This document shows positions 1 to 11,860 of a DNA stretch of 64,000 bases, piece after piece; within the stretch, counting starts at the first letter, position 1; each line of letters opens with the position of its first letter. Source of the stretch: Octopus vulgaris (Eukaryota); contig OX597829.1 in NCBI GenBank assembly GCA_951406725.2, positions 16,120,001 through 16,184,000 on the forward strand, written 5' to 3'. The notes beneath the pieces were generated by a model. The model had not been told where the DNA came from. It did no database searches and saw only the letters and a list, made by a program, of their open reading frames with translations. The translations under genes and the position numbers were made by a program.

Positions 1-211
1 GAGCTAAACACAGAGGGGACAAACAAGGACAGACAAACGGATTAAGTCGATTACATCGACCCCAGTGCATAACTGGTACTTAATTTATCGACCCCCGAAA
101 GGATGAAAGGCAAAGTCGACCTTGGCGGAATTTGAACCCAGAACGTAAAGGCAGATGAAATACAGCTATGCATTTCGCCCAGCGTGCTAACATTTCTGCC
201 AGCTCACCGCC
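1..211 (-). mobile_element. tRNA-derived SINE family A (Nin/Deu-domain-like), cut by the window edge
   Basis: Minus strand reads ggcggtgagctggcagaa (A box) ... gggttcaaattcc (B box) ... gcctttcatcctttcggggg. More than 12 copies occur in the window. Confidence 0.85.
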
Positions 212-1849
212 TATATATTATTTTTGATATACACGGCTATATATTTTGATACAGACAAAAGTACTACCACATTTGAATCTTTCAGATGTAGTTCTACTAG
301 TTATGAGGAACACCATATTTTAAAATAGTTTATTCAGTACAAGACAGTCATTACATCAAACACATTCAGAACCTCCAAGACTCTCTCTCTTCTGCATCCC
401 CTCTCACTCTAATTCTCTTTCTTTCTCTCTCTCTTTCTCTATCTTTACTACTTAACTGTCAAATACAGTTCAATCTCAAACTAATTAATCAATTCATTTA
501 ATTAATGATTTCTTCTCCCACTTTCTCCCTTTTCCATTAAATACCTAAATGTTCAATTCAAAATATTTGTTTAATAGCAGAAAGGCTAAAATCCATCTCA
601 GACATCACATATCCAGTTGATTACATCTTTTATTTCAGTACTTTACCAGCATTTGATCTTTACAAAAGGAAGGGTTCGTAAAAAAAAAATTTTTTAATGG
701 CAAAATCACTATCTTCAATTCAGATTCCCTGCCTAACCTTACATATGGCGATGGATAGTGGGCAATGACCAAAAGATTATGATGGCAAATATGAATAGCC
801 AAAATGGGGTTCCTGAAACCAATACAATGCAATCCAGATGTTCAGAATTATGATAAATGGAAGAAGATTAAAAGCAAACAGGATTATTATGAGGAGCTGA
901 AGGATAAACAACATAGATAATATAATATCAACATCACAGTTTTTTTCAAGCTTTTTTTTCTTTTTTTCTTTTCCTAAACTTTTTTTGCATAGGCACAGGC
1001 ATGGGTGCTTGATAAGAGGCTTGCTTCCAAAACACATGGTTTCGGGTTCAGTCCCACAGTGTGTGCAATCTTGAGCAAGTGTCTTCTATGATAGCCCCAA
1101 GCTGAGCAAAACCATGAGTTGACTTGCTAGATGGAAACTGTAGGAAACCCGTTAGGTGTGTGTGTGTGTGCGCGCCAGTTGAAGAGAGGGTAAGAAATAA
1201 GTGTCTTAAAGTGGAGGAGTGACAGTGAAGGGAGTGAGATGATGGTGAAGATGTTACACTCAAGTTAGAGGGAGGTGTATATAAGTGAAGCAGAACCAGG
1301 GATGGGATTGGACGAGTGGGTGGGTGAGTTTGTAAGACTGTGAAAGGTAAGTGGGAGGTGGAGGAGAGGAAGAATGTAGTGAGTGGACACAAAGAGAGAG
1401 ATGTTAGGAGGTTATGTTGTGCGGAAGAGGTAAAAAAAGGGACAAATAATGTGTTGGTAGGTTTGCAAGGATACAAAGACAGAATAAGGGATGGAAAGGA
1501 GAAGAGTGCAGCAAGTGGTGAATATGGGTGGAGGGAAGAGAGGAAGATGTTAAGAAGGTGGGTTTGTTGGGGAGAGAAATTTCTCAGGGACAGATTGTTT
1601 GCAGCGGGTGTGGACATGACATGATGGCCTCAATTTTTACTTAGCTAAGCAGGTTTTCTTAAGCACTGCAAATTGCCAATCATGTCAGTGAAAATGATTT
1701 GGCTATTATATACAACAGCAGGAAGCATAACCACATAGAGGTTCCTTCACCTTAGCTTTTTTTCTTTTGTCGTTATTATTTTGTGTTGTTAGTGTTCATT
1801 ATATAGAATAATTAATATGAAATTATTAATACCCAAAACAATCACTTAC

Positions 1850-2023
1850 CAGGTACTTGTTTTGCCCAGCTAATTGTAACGACTAATTCTCTATCAGCTA
1901 GATCTGATACAATGGACATAAACTTCACCTCATTTTCAGGTACTTCAGGATCTGGTGTTGCATATAGTTTATCAAGCTGTGCTTCTATTGCGAGTAGTGA
2001 TTCCATGATTTTGTTATCTGAGC
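1850..2023 (-). CDS. ERR: ERR exon: ligand-binding domain helices 1-3
   Basis: 174-nt exon with acceptor ttttttaacccag| and donor |gtaagt. Translates SDNKIMESLLAIEAQLDKLYATPDPEVPENEVKFMSIVSDLADRELVVTISWAKQVP(G), matching the ERR signature DLADRELVVIIGWAKHIPG. Confidence 0.97.
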
Positions 2024-2139
2024 CTGGGTTAAAAAATTAAAAAATTAAAATTAGTTGAAATACAGAAAAATTAAATAATAAAAGATATTTCCACCAGAAT
2101 TTCTGAGATAAAAAATTACCATTATAATGCACCAGTATA

Positions 2140-2355
2140 TATTTCTTTATTGCCCACAAGGGGCTAAACATAGAGGGGACAGACAAAGGGATTAAGTCGA
2201 TTACATCGACCCCAGTGTGTAACTGGTACTTTATTTATTGACCCCGAAAGGATAAAAGGCAAAGTCGACCTCGGTGAAATTTGAACTCAGAACATAACAG
2301 CAGACAAAATACGGCTACGCATTTTGCCCGGCATGCTAACGATTCTGCCAGCTCT
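2140..2355 (-). mobile_element. SINE family A copy
   Basis: Same head, body and tail as the other family A copies. Confidence 0.85.
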
Positions 2356-2562
2356 ACAGTCTCAACATTTTGGCTTCTTCAAGTGGCTTCTGTATGGATT
2401 ACGTTTTGGAACTTTCAAACCAATCTCGTTATTAACCCTTCTATTAGGCAGCATATTTCTCTTGGAATATACTGCCACCACTGTTTCAAATAAATTGAAA
2501 ATAATGAAGAATTTACCAAAATAACCTTCTCAGTGTTAAGCTGGGGTTTGGAATATAAATTA

Positions 2563-2763
2563 TTGCATTTGATGGCATATAAGATACAATTTTTTTGTTT
2601 CCAAAAATATATCACAAGAAATCTTTCTGGATCCTACATGAGAGGACTTCCCATATTTTGGGCTTTCCATTCTGTCCTTGGTGCTCAATTTTTCCTGAAT
2701 ATATGCTTCAGAAAACTGGGTGCATTTAATATACCCGTGTATCATTTATGCCATCAAATGTAA
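2563..2763. repeat. Imperfect inverted repeat pair, about 25-bp arms (possible MITE relic)
   Basis: catttgatggcatataagataca ... tgtatcatttatgccatcaaatg. Confidence 0.5.
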
Positions 2764-3137
2764 TAACATGAAATTTTCAATGAAGTATTTTTTATTAAAA
2801 TCACTTCAAAACACGAAGCTTCTATCAAAGACCCAAGGGTGGTCTTAAATGGGTTGGCATCAAAAAGGTTAAAACCACAGCAGTACACCGTTTCAAGCTT
2901 TCCTTTGTTTACATTGCAGCTTGCATGTTGAACCCAAACACATGCATTGCACCTGAACCCCAAACACATGATTCCACCCCACCACCCACCCACCACACAC
3001 ACACATACACGCATGCCCACACGCACACACATGTACATACATAAACAATAACACAGATGGGGTTCTATCAGACCCTGAACATTTTATAGTATTACATATG
3101 TACATGCATATTACATACATATGTTCATATTATGTAC

Positions 3138-3180
3138 ATATGTATGCATGTGTGTATGTATGTATGTATGTATGTATGTA

Positions 3181-3213
<33 letters not shown>

Positions 3214-3480
3214 GTGCATGTGTGTATGTATGTATGTATGTATGTATATATGTATGTATGTATGTATGTAGTATGCATGTATGTATGTATGTATGTATGT
3301 GTGTATGTAGGTATGTGTGTATGTATGTATGTATGTATGTGTGTATGTATGTATGTGTGTGTATGTATGTATGTATGTATGTATGTATGTGTGTATGTAT
3401 GTATGTATGTATGTATGTATGTATGTATGTATGTGTGTATGTGTGTATGTATGTATGTATGTATGTGTGTATGTATACAC
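3138..3480. repeat. (TATG)n/(TG)n compound microsatellite
   Basis: Direct reading. Confidence 0.95.
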
Positions 3481-5124
3481 ACAAGCTATTAATGAGACAC
3501 TATGTAAATAACTATTCATAAGCATACAAAAAATGCACAGAATATGTTTGTCTGACACACATTTAATGTTGCATATATGACTGAACACAAGAACCCCTTC
3601 ACCCCTGCATCAAAAGAACCCCTAGCCAACTGAAGAGACAAAAGAAATCTTAGATATGGACAGAGAGAAACTCTAAAGAGAGAAAGGGAAAAATAAATAA
3701 AAAAGACAGAGAGAGAGACAGAGAGATAACAGAATGGTGCTTTAAGGTCATAAATCTGTCCATGATTTGGTGGCCTTAATGACTGACAGTAACTGGGGCC
3801 TGCAGAACAAGGAAACAAGACCTCTCAACCGAGGGAGAGGGAGTAGTAGTGAATGGCGTGGCTCCCTGCCAACTGAAGAGAGGTTAAAAAGTATAACAGA
3901 AAGATAGAGATAGAGGAAATATATGGCTGGCTAACCCAGTTGGAAAAAGAAAGGAGAAAAACAAAGAGAGGTAGTGGTGTTTATGGTTGGGAGGCATACA
4001 CTTAAGGTAGAGTTGGTAAGTGAAGTGTTACAAAGGATTGGACAGGGTAAGTGGGCAGGATAGTAAACTGATAAGGTTTATCTTTTCATGACATTCTTAT
4101 CCTTAAAATGTGTATTCTTACTTTCTCTAAATTCCCAGCTGGTGAAGATGAGTCTCTGCTTTTAACCCTACCCAACATGGAAATAACCCTCTCAAATGTT
4201 ATACTTCTTTATTCACATTGTTATGATGGACTGTGAAGTCTGGTGTAGCATGGTAAATTCCATTGTCTGGACCACAGTCGAACAATGATGAATGATGATG
4301 ATGATTCACATTGTTTTCAATTAATTTTGCATTATCTCGCAGCTTCTATATTTCAATGATGTGATTGTTTATTTCTTAGAATGGCATTGTATGCTTGGTG
4401 AGAGAGGCCAGATCTAGCCAGGTTTAAAGGCTGAAAGGATATACATATGTGTATGTGCATGTATAACGCTTTAGCATTCAGACTACTCTCTTTCCTCTTT
4501 CCTCTTCTACTCTTTTACTTGTTTCAGTCATTTGACTGCAGCCATGCTGGAGTGCCACCTTTAGTCAAGGAAATCAACCCCAGGACCCACATGGTTTGTT
4601 TTGATTCCTTGTTTGTGTCTAGTGCTTGTCTGGTGCTTAAGAATACCAGAAGCACTACTACACACTACTACATGGAACAGTGACAATGTGTGCTTAACAC
4701 TGCATTGGTGGATAAATATACTTTATTGGTGAGTTAAAAAAAGCATAGATAATAGAAATAAGTACCAACATTCCCTCTGTGGTTCATTTGAACAATAGTG
4801 GAAATGCCTTTCACATGAATCACTGATTGCCTCATTAATCCACTAGTAAATAAGATCTATCCGCCAATGCAGCGTTGGGCACTCATTTTTCACTTTCTGA
4901 TTCAAGTACGTATATGTCTATATGTGTGTGCATGTGGTGTGTGTGTGTTTGTGTGTGTATGCATGAATCTGCAGAATGGTTGGTGTTAGGAAGAGCATCC
5001 AGCTGTAAAAAACCCATGCCAAAACAGACACAGAAGCCTAGCTTGGTGCAGGCTTCTGCCTGGCAAGTTCCTGTCAAAAAGTCAAACACATGGAAGGAGG
5101 ACATTAAATAATGATGATGATGAT

Positions 5125-5463
5125 CCGTGCCGGGGGCACTGGCCTCCATGCAGGTGGCACGTAAAAGACACCATTTGAGCATGATTGTTACCAGCATCGC
5201 CTTACTGGTACCTGTGCCAGTGGCATGTGTAAAAGATTCGTGCGAGGTCATTGCCAGTACCACCTAACTGGCCCTCGTGCCGGTGGCATGTAAAAGCACC
5301 CACTACACTCTCGGAGTGGTTGGCATTAGGAAGGGCGTCCAGCTGTAGAAACTCTGCCAGATCAAGATTGAAGCCTGGCACAGCCATCTGGTTTGCGAAC
5401 CCTCAGTCATTCGTCCAACCCATGCTAGCATGGAAAGTGGATGTTAAACGATGATGATGATGA
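5125..5463 (+). mobile_element. SINE-like family D with (GAT)n tail
   Basis: Core ggagtggttggcattaggaagggcgtccagctgtagaaac, ending catgctagcatggaaagtggatgttaaacgatgatg. Many copies. The core resembles the MetaSINE central domain (from recall). Confidence 0.75.
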
Positions 5464-5619
5464 TATATACTTCAAGATATTTATTTACATATATGCACAC
5501 ACACACACACACACACATGTTACAAAAAAACAATTGTTTAGTGTTGCTACAGTGAGTGATGCCCCATCATCACCAATCGTATACATTTGGCAGTGTTGAT
5601 AAGATTGATGCAGTTAAAG

Positions 5620-5813
5620 GTGGCAGTAATAGCGGCAGTAGTAGTAGCAGTAGTAGTAATAGCAGCAGTAGTAGTAGCAGTAGTAGTAGTAGCAGCAGTA
5701 GTAGTAGCAGTAGTAGTAGTAGCAGCAGTAGTAGTAGCAGCAGTAGCAGTAGCAGCAGTAGTAGTAGTAGTAGTAAAAGCAGCAGCAGTAGCAGTAGTAG
5801 CAGTAGTAGTAGT

Positions 5814-5848
<35 letters not shown>

Positions 5849-5867
5849 AAGCAGCAGCAGCAGCAGT
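5620..5867. repeat. (AGT)/(AGC) compound trinucleotide microsatellite
   Basis: Direct reading. Confidence 0.95.
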
Positions 5868-6440
5868 TGCCCCGCTTGTTGTGTTAATAATGATGGTTGG
5901 TAACAAGCGCATTATGATTACAAGCGTCGTAGCTTTGCGAATCCGTTGCATGGCCTCCCTCAAAGTGCATCTGTGTGTGTGCGTTAAATCATAGACATTG
6001 TGGATTATGTAAAAAAAAAATTAAAACAAAAAGAGAAAGGAAAAAAAAAACATATGTGACTCTTGTCTAAAGCCCCATGAGAAGATTTAAAGGGTAGAAG
6101 GTGTTAAAGAGAGTCTGGTGGTGTTAAGCAGATGAGAGTGAAAAATAAATCTCCTCCTAGAAGAGAGAGAGAGAGAGGATGATTGGTGTTGATTATAAGT
6201 ACAAGTAGTAGCAGCACTAGTAATTAAGGAGATTATTCCTTAAATACCAAGATGAAAATATAACTGATAATAATTATGAAGATCTTTTTAACATGATAGA
6301 GTATTAAAACAAAAAACAACAACAAGCATAAGAGGACATAGCAGCAGCAGTAGCAGCGATAACAGTGACAACAGTAAAAAACACCTGTAGCAGAAGAACA
6401 ACAACAACAACAACTATACAGCAAACCACAACAACAGCAG

Positions 6441-6760
6441 TGGATGCGCAATGACCCAGTGGTTAGGGCAGCAGACTCGCGGATGGAGGATCGCGGTTTC
6501 GCTTCCCAGAGCGGGAGTTGTGTGTGTTTATTGAGCGAAAACACCAAAAGCCCCATGAGGCTCCGGCAGTGGGTGGTGGTGACCCCTGTTGTACTCTTTC
6601 GCTCCAACTTTCTCTCACTCTTTCTTCCTGTTTCTTGTCCCCGACTTCCTACACAACCGGGTCTTCTGCGGGTCTTACGAATAGCAAAGGACCACGTTTC
6701 GGACTTCTCCCACTACAGAGGCGCAATCTTGCGAGCTCTGGGACGAAGACCACTTCGCCC
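6441..6760 (+). mobile_element. tRNA-derived SINE family C, variant tail
   Basis: Head gcgcaatgacccagtggttagggcagcagactcg...ggtttcgcttccc. The tail is shared with 43497-43855. Confidence 0.8.
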
Positions 6761-7035
6761 AACAAACAAACAAACAGTAACCACAACAGCAACAGGATCA
6801 TCAGCAGCAGCAGCATCATCAATGTTCTCTTTTCATGCTGGCATAGGCTGGATGGTTTAGTTTGACAGAAGCTGACAAATCAGAAGACTGTGCTAAGATC
6901 TGCTGTCTCCTTTGACTTAGTTTCTATGGCTGGATGTCTTTTTAATTGCCAACTGCTTTACAGTGTACTGGGTGCTTTTTATGTGGCATCATATAACTAT
7001 TAAGGTCACCAAATAACTTGCAAGACAAGGCACCC

Positions 7036-7263
7036 TTAACCCTTTTGTTATTGTATTTATTTTGAGATGCTCTGTGTTTCTTTAGTTACTTTAAATATAA
7101 CAAAGAATTTAGTAAAATAATTTAGTTATCATTAAGCTAGTGTTAGGAACATAAATTGTGACTAAGGTTTGGTGGGAGATCTTAATTCAAAATTTATGAA
7201 AGGAAGACATTTATACTAAAGAGCCAGAGCTGGTTTCAGCTGGGTTGGTAACGAAAGGGTTAA
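7036..7263. mobile_element. piggyBac-type MITE
   Basis: TTAA|cccttttgtta ... taacgaaaggg|TTAA: TTAA target duplication with CCC/GGG TIRs. Near-identical copy at 55249-55475. Confidence 0.85.
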
Positions 7264-7649
7264 CTGAGGAAGGGAGCACTACTGAGCCAAGTCGTGAGAG
7301 GTTAGAGTATGAACAGAGATAGTAATAGGTGTCTTGCAGTAGGAGTGATACATGGCTACCACAGTTGATGAGAGAGGGGGTGGGGGAGATAATGAAGCCT
7401 TGACATGATGTACACTTAAGTTAAAGTAAGTGTATATAAGTGAAATGAAAACAAAGACCGGACAGGGTGAGTACAAGAAAAACAAAAGCAACTATAGCAT
7501 AACAAAAGCATGAACAATGGTTTTATTTTAAAGTTTTGTTTTTCATTCCCTTCAAGTTTTTATCCCTAATAGTGATTTGGACTTTAACTGTTCCTTCTAG
7601 CATGAAAGGAATCCTACGACGGATAAATCTTATGTGTTTAAATGTACAC

Positions 7650-7695
<46 letters not shown>

Positions 7696-7708
7696 TATAT
7701 AAGTAAAT

Positions 7709-7854
7709 AGGTATGGCTGTGAGGTAAGAAGCTTGCTTCCCAAACACATGGTTCACTGTGTGAAACCTTGGGCAAGTGTCTTCTACTGTAGACTTGGGCC
7801 TATCAAAGCCTTGTGAGTGGATTTGACAGACAGAAACTGAAACAAGACCTTTGG

Positions 7855-7928
<74 letters not shown>

Positions 7929-8125
7929 CTTTGTGTCTGTGTTTGTCCCCCACCACCACCACTTGACAGCTGATGTTGGTGCGGTTATGTTCCTGTAACT
8001 TAGTAGTATGGCAGTGAGATCGATAGAATAAGTGCTTGAGTTGATTCATTTGACTAAAAATTTTTCAAGGTGGTGCCCCAGCATGGCTGCAGTCTGATGG
8101 ACTGGAACAAGTAAAAGATAAAAGA
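7709..8125 (+). mobile_element. CORE-like tRNA SINE family B with internal (TA)n/(TG)n
   Basis: Head tggctgtgaggtaag, CORE-like ccttgggcaagtgtctt, tail ccagcatggctgcagtc...aacaagtaaaaga. More than 10 copies. Confidence 0.8.
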
Positions 8126-8283
8126 CATATTATCCTGGGTAAGACTTTAAACTGCATTTGGTAGTTTCAGGGATTTGTGGAGTCAGAAACATCTCTTAAG
8201 TAGAATTGTTCCCAGGTCTACTGACCCAGGGTAGCAGCACCTGTCAAGTACTGATATATAAACAACAGACATCTTTCAGTTTC

Positions 8284-8586
8284 TTATTTCTTTATTGCCC
8301 ACAAGGGGCTAAACATAGAGGGGACAAACAAGGACAAACAAAGGGATTAATTCGATTACATTGACCCCAGTGTGTAACTGGTACTTAATTTATTAACCCG
8401 GAAAGGATGAAAGACAAAGTCGACCTCGGCGGAATTTGAACTCACAACGTAACGGCAGACGAACTACCTATTTCTTTACTACCCACAAAGTCAACCTCGG
8501 CAGAATTTGAACTCACAACGTAATTGCAGACGAAATACCCTAAGCATTTCGCCTGGCGTGCTAACGTTTCTGCCAGCTCACCACCT
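8284..8586 (-). mobile_element. SINE family A, partial head-to-tail dimer
   Basis: Two B-box regions separated by a tail fragment (tatttctttactacccacaa). Confidence 0.8.
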
Positions 8587-9387
8587 TTCATCTTTCAGTT
8601 TCTGTCTACCAGATTCACTCACAAATAGCAGAAGACAACTGGCCAAGGTGTACCATGCAATGGGACTGAACTTGGAACCATGTAGTTGAGAAATGAACAT
8701 CTAACCACACAGCCACTCCTATAGTAATTACAGAATACAGTTCAACAGCCGAGAGTAATGCATTTAGTTCCACAGCAAAGCAGTAGTAACATTGGCTCTC
8801 CTCATATTTCATTATCTCCACTCCCATTCTATGAGGTCACACTAAGCCTGTATCTCACAAGCAATAGCACAAATCTCTGCTTAAAGACGTTTGTAACTGT
8901 CACATAACATCACAATTCTTGTGATACAGGTTTTATAAAAGATAAATGCATGTCAAGGAATGTGTGGGTGTGTGTGTATGTATGAGAGGGCGTTTGCATT
9001 TCTGTTAACGCAACATTGCTTCTTTTGTTTTGTTCTGTTTTTGCTTTTTTGTTATTTATTTTTTTTTAACCATTTAGTATTTTTCTTAGATTGGTTTAAA
9101 GGAATTCATAATCAATATTTATTCTGGAATGAAAGGTTGGTGTGCACAGCTTTCATTGTTTTATAGAATATTTTATAGACTATTTGTGAGTGGGTGTATG
9201 TCTGCATGTGTGTGTATATACACATGCATGTGTGTATATACACATGCATGTGTGTATGCATGTATATATATATATATATATGGTGCACCTGAGCACTGTA
9301 TACAATAATTTCATTATCATTATTTTATTTTTATTTATATATATATGTGTGTGTGTGTGTATGTGTCTGTCCCTATCTATCTATCTA

Positions 9388-9501
<114 letters not shown>

Positions 9502-9758
9502 GCTAGATAGAAAGGGACAGACAGAGAGATAGATGGATGAATAGAGAGACACGCATACATATGTGTATGTGTAAAACTATCACGTTGGGAGAAAGACATC
9601 TTCACAGAAAGCTGCCAAATTGATATGAGCCGCAAAGTTGAATTAAGAGAGGAAGGAAATGATGATGATGATGACAATAACATCAAAAATATTAATAACA
9701 ACAACAATAATAATAACAAACATATCTGAACATTAAACATCTCTTAACCTTCACTTGC

Positions 9759-9815
9759 CATACGGTGCTGGGTTTTGTTCCGGCAAGTGATTGTACCAAA
9801 CAAGTAGATTAAAAA
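9759..9815 (-). CDS. ERR: Candidate 57-nt alternative hinge exon of ERR with a GC donor
   Basis: Acceptor tgtttttctttttcttattatttag| and donor G|GCAAGT. Phase 1-1 and stop-free in the ERR frame: (L)FNLLVWYNHLPEQNPAPY(G). No transcript evidence is available. Confidence 0.45.
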
Positions 9816-10112
9816 CTAAATAATAAGAAAAAGAAAAACAGGAGGAGGAGGAGGATTTTTTCTGCTAAAGGCACAAGATATGAAATTTTGGAGGAGTAGT
9901 AGGGGGATAGCTGATTGCATCAGCCCCCACCCCTTTCCCGGTGCTCAACTGGTGAGTATTTAAATGATCGAGAAAGGATGAAAGACAAAGTCAATCTCGG
10001 CGCGGAATTTGAACTCAGATCACAAAGGGATGAAATGCCACTAAGCATATTCATCTTCTCTTTGCTAACGGTTCTGCCAGCTCACCTTGATGATGATGAT
10101 GATGATGATAAC

Positions 10113-10148
<36 letters not shown>

Positions 10149-11067
10149 CAACTTAACATGGTTCCAAAGCTGCATTTTAGAATATTGAATATAGTTGAAA
10201 TAAGTAAAATCTGAATGAAAAATAAACAAGATTCACTTGTTTTTTTTTATATTTTTGTCTTTTTTTACAGTTTGTTTTGTGACTAAAATAAACCTGATAT
10301 CAATATTCTCCCTTTTTTTCCCCTTCTTCTCAACATTTTTCTGTAGAAATGCTATTTCAATTCCTAAGCCATTTCTCTTCAATATTTAAAGGTTTTTGAA
10401 GGCTCTTCTTTTTTTTTAGTTTGTTTGTTTGTATTGGGGGGGGGGGCTCTTAAAATTTCCTTTTTGTTTTTGTTTAGTTTTTTTTTTGGTCTTTTTTGCT
10501 CTTAAATTTTCCCTTTTTGTCTTATAGCATTGATCGAATAGGAAAAAAAAAGCCCACCAAGAACACAACAACAACAACAACATGTGCAATAAACAAGTCT
10601 AATGTAAATTCATTTTGACATGTATTAAACTTTGGTATCAGATCATCGACTTCAACATCAACATCAACACCACCACCACCATCAGCACCAGCATCCCTAC
10701 CACCATCATCAATACCAACATAACTAACACCATTCTATTCTTTTCTATTATACACAAGGCCAGGAATTTGGTGGTGAGGGAGATAATTGATTACATTAAC
10801 CCCCAGTATGCAACTGGTACTTATTACATCAAACACAAATGAAATGAATGAAAGGCAAAGTTGACCTCAGTGGAATATGGTTTCAAATTTTGGCACAAGG
10901 CCAGTAATTTTAGAGGGGAAAGGGGAAGTTAATTAAACTGGACCCAGTGATCAAATGATGCTTATTTCAATGATGCCAAAAGAACGAGAAGTCAACCTAG
11001 GCAGATTTTTCAACTCAGAAAAATGAAGATAAATAATTTTGTCCAGTGATTCCGACAGCCCATTGGC

Positions 11068-11068
<1 letters not shown>

Positions 11069-11153
<85 letters not shown>

Positions 11154-11197
11154 AAGAAGAAGAAGAAGAAGAAGAAGAACAACAACAACAACAACAA
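11069..11197. repeat. Compound (AAT)n(AAG)n(AAC)n microsatellite
   Basis: Direct reading. Confidence 0.95.
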
Positions 11198-11199
11198 TT

Positions 11200-11560
11200 T
11201 AACATGGCTAGACCCATCTGCACCATAGTAACACACCCAACACTACAGGAAAAAAAAATTATATGAACAAAAATGGTTCCTTAAAAGACAAGAATATTTG
11301 GGGAACCACATCAGTAAGGCCATCTCTAAGACCAAGAACATTCCAATGACAACACTGAGAAAAACAAACCAACAAAATAAAAAGGGAAAAACAGTTATCC
11401 CTTTTGTCATTACTCACAACCCAAGAAACTTCAATATTGTGAAAGCCGCCAAACAATAGCTCCCAATTCTCCAGCAATTCCCCCAAAATGAATGCACTCA
11501 TAAAAGACTCACAAATAATATATCACAGATGCTAAGCACCCAACCTAAAAAAAAACAGAT
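11200..11560 (+). pseudogene. Decayed Penelope-like element ORF fragment (region after the RT core)
   Basis: Translates NMARPICTIVTHPTLQEKKLYEQKWFLKRQEYLGNHISKAISKTKNIPMTTLRK...VIPFVITHNPRNFNIV...LPILQQ, with a frameshift and a stop. It resembles the PLE RT-thumb/linker region. Confidence 0.7.
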
Positions 11561-11608
11561 CTACAAACCAAACTGTAAAATTATTTTATTAAAAAACTAA
11601 ATTGATTA

Positions 11609-11860
11609 GTGTCTGGGGAGACTCATTCTCTTTTAGTGCCTTATAATATAACACACTCACTGGTAAAATTTCCACTTTTTTCTTATTTTTATTCTCCTAA
11701 AACTATTGAAAAGGTTGCAAGACGCAATGAGAATTTTAGGAGAATAAAAATAAGAAAAAAGTGGAAATTTTACCGGTGAGTGTGTTATATTATAAGGCAC
11801 AACAGAAAATGCTTCAACACACGAACTCATATAAAGAATCTTGCAAACCAAATCAAAAAA
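11609..11860. repeat. Palindromic dispersed repeat with about 67-bp inverted arms
   Basis: Arms at 11636-11702 and 11734-11800. A related copy lies at 63228-63527. Confidence 0.85.

Noticed and set aside
635-960. Next ERR LBD exon
   Set aside because: No F..L.L.DQM.LLQ..W-like peptide was found on the minus strand. The exon probably lies left of the window.
3111-3588. Long ORFs over (TATG)n and similar TA/TG tracts throughout the window
   Set aside because: These are stop-free frames of microsatellites with no protein signal.
5547-5994. Poly-Ser/Thr/Val ORFs
   Set aside because: Artefacts of the AGT/AGC repeat.
3742-7008. TTAAGGTCA ERRE matches near 3742 and 7000 as autoregulatory sites
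   Set aside because: A few matches are expected by chance in 64 kb of AT-rich DNA, and both appear to lie in decayed repeats.
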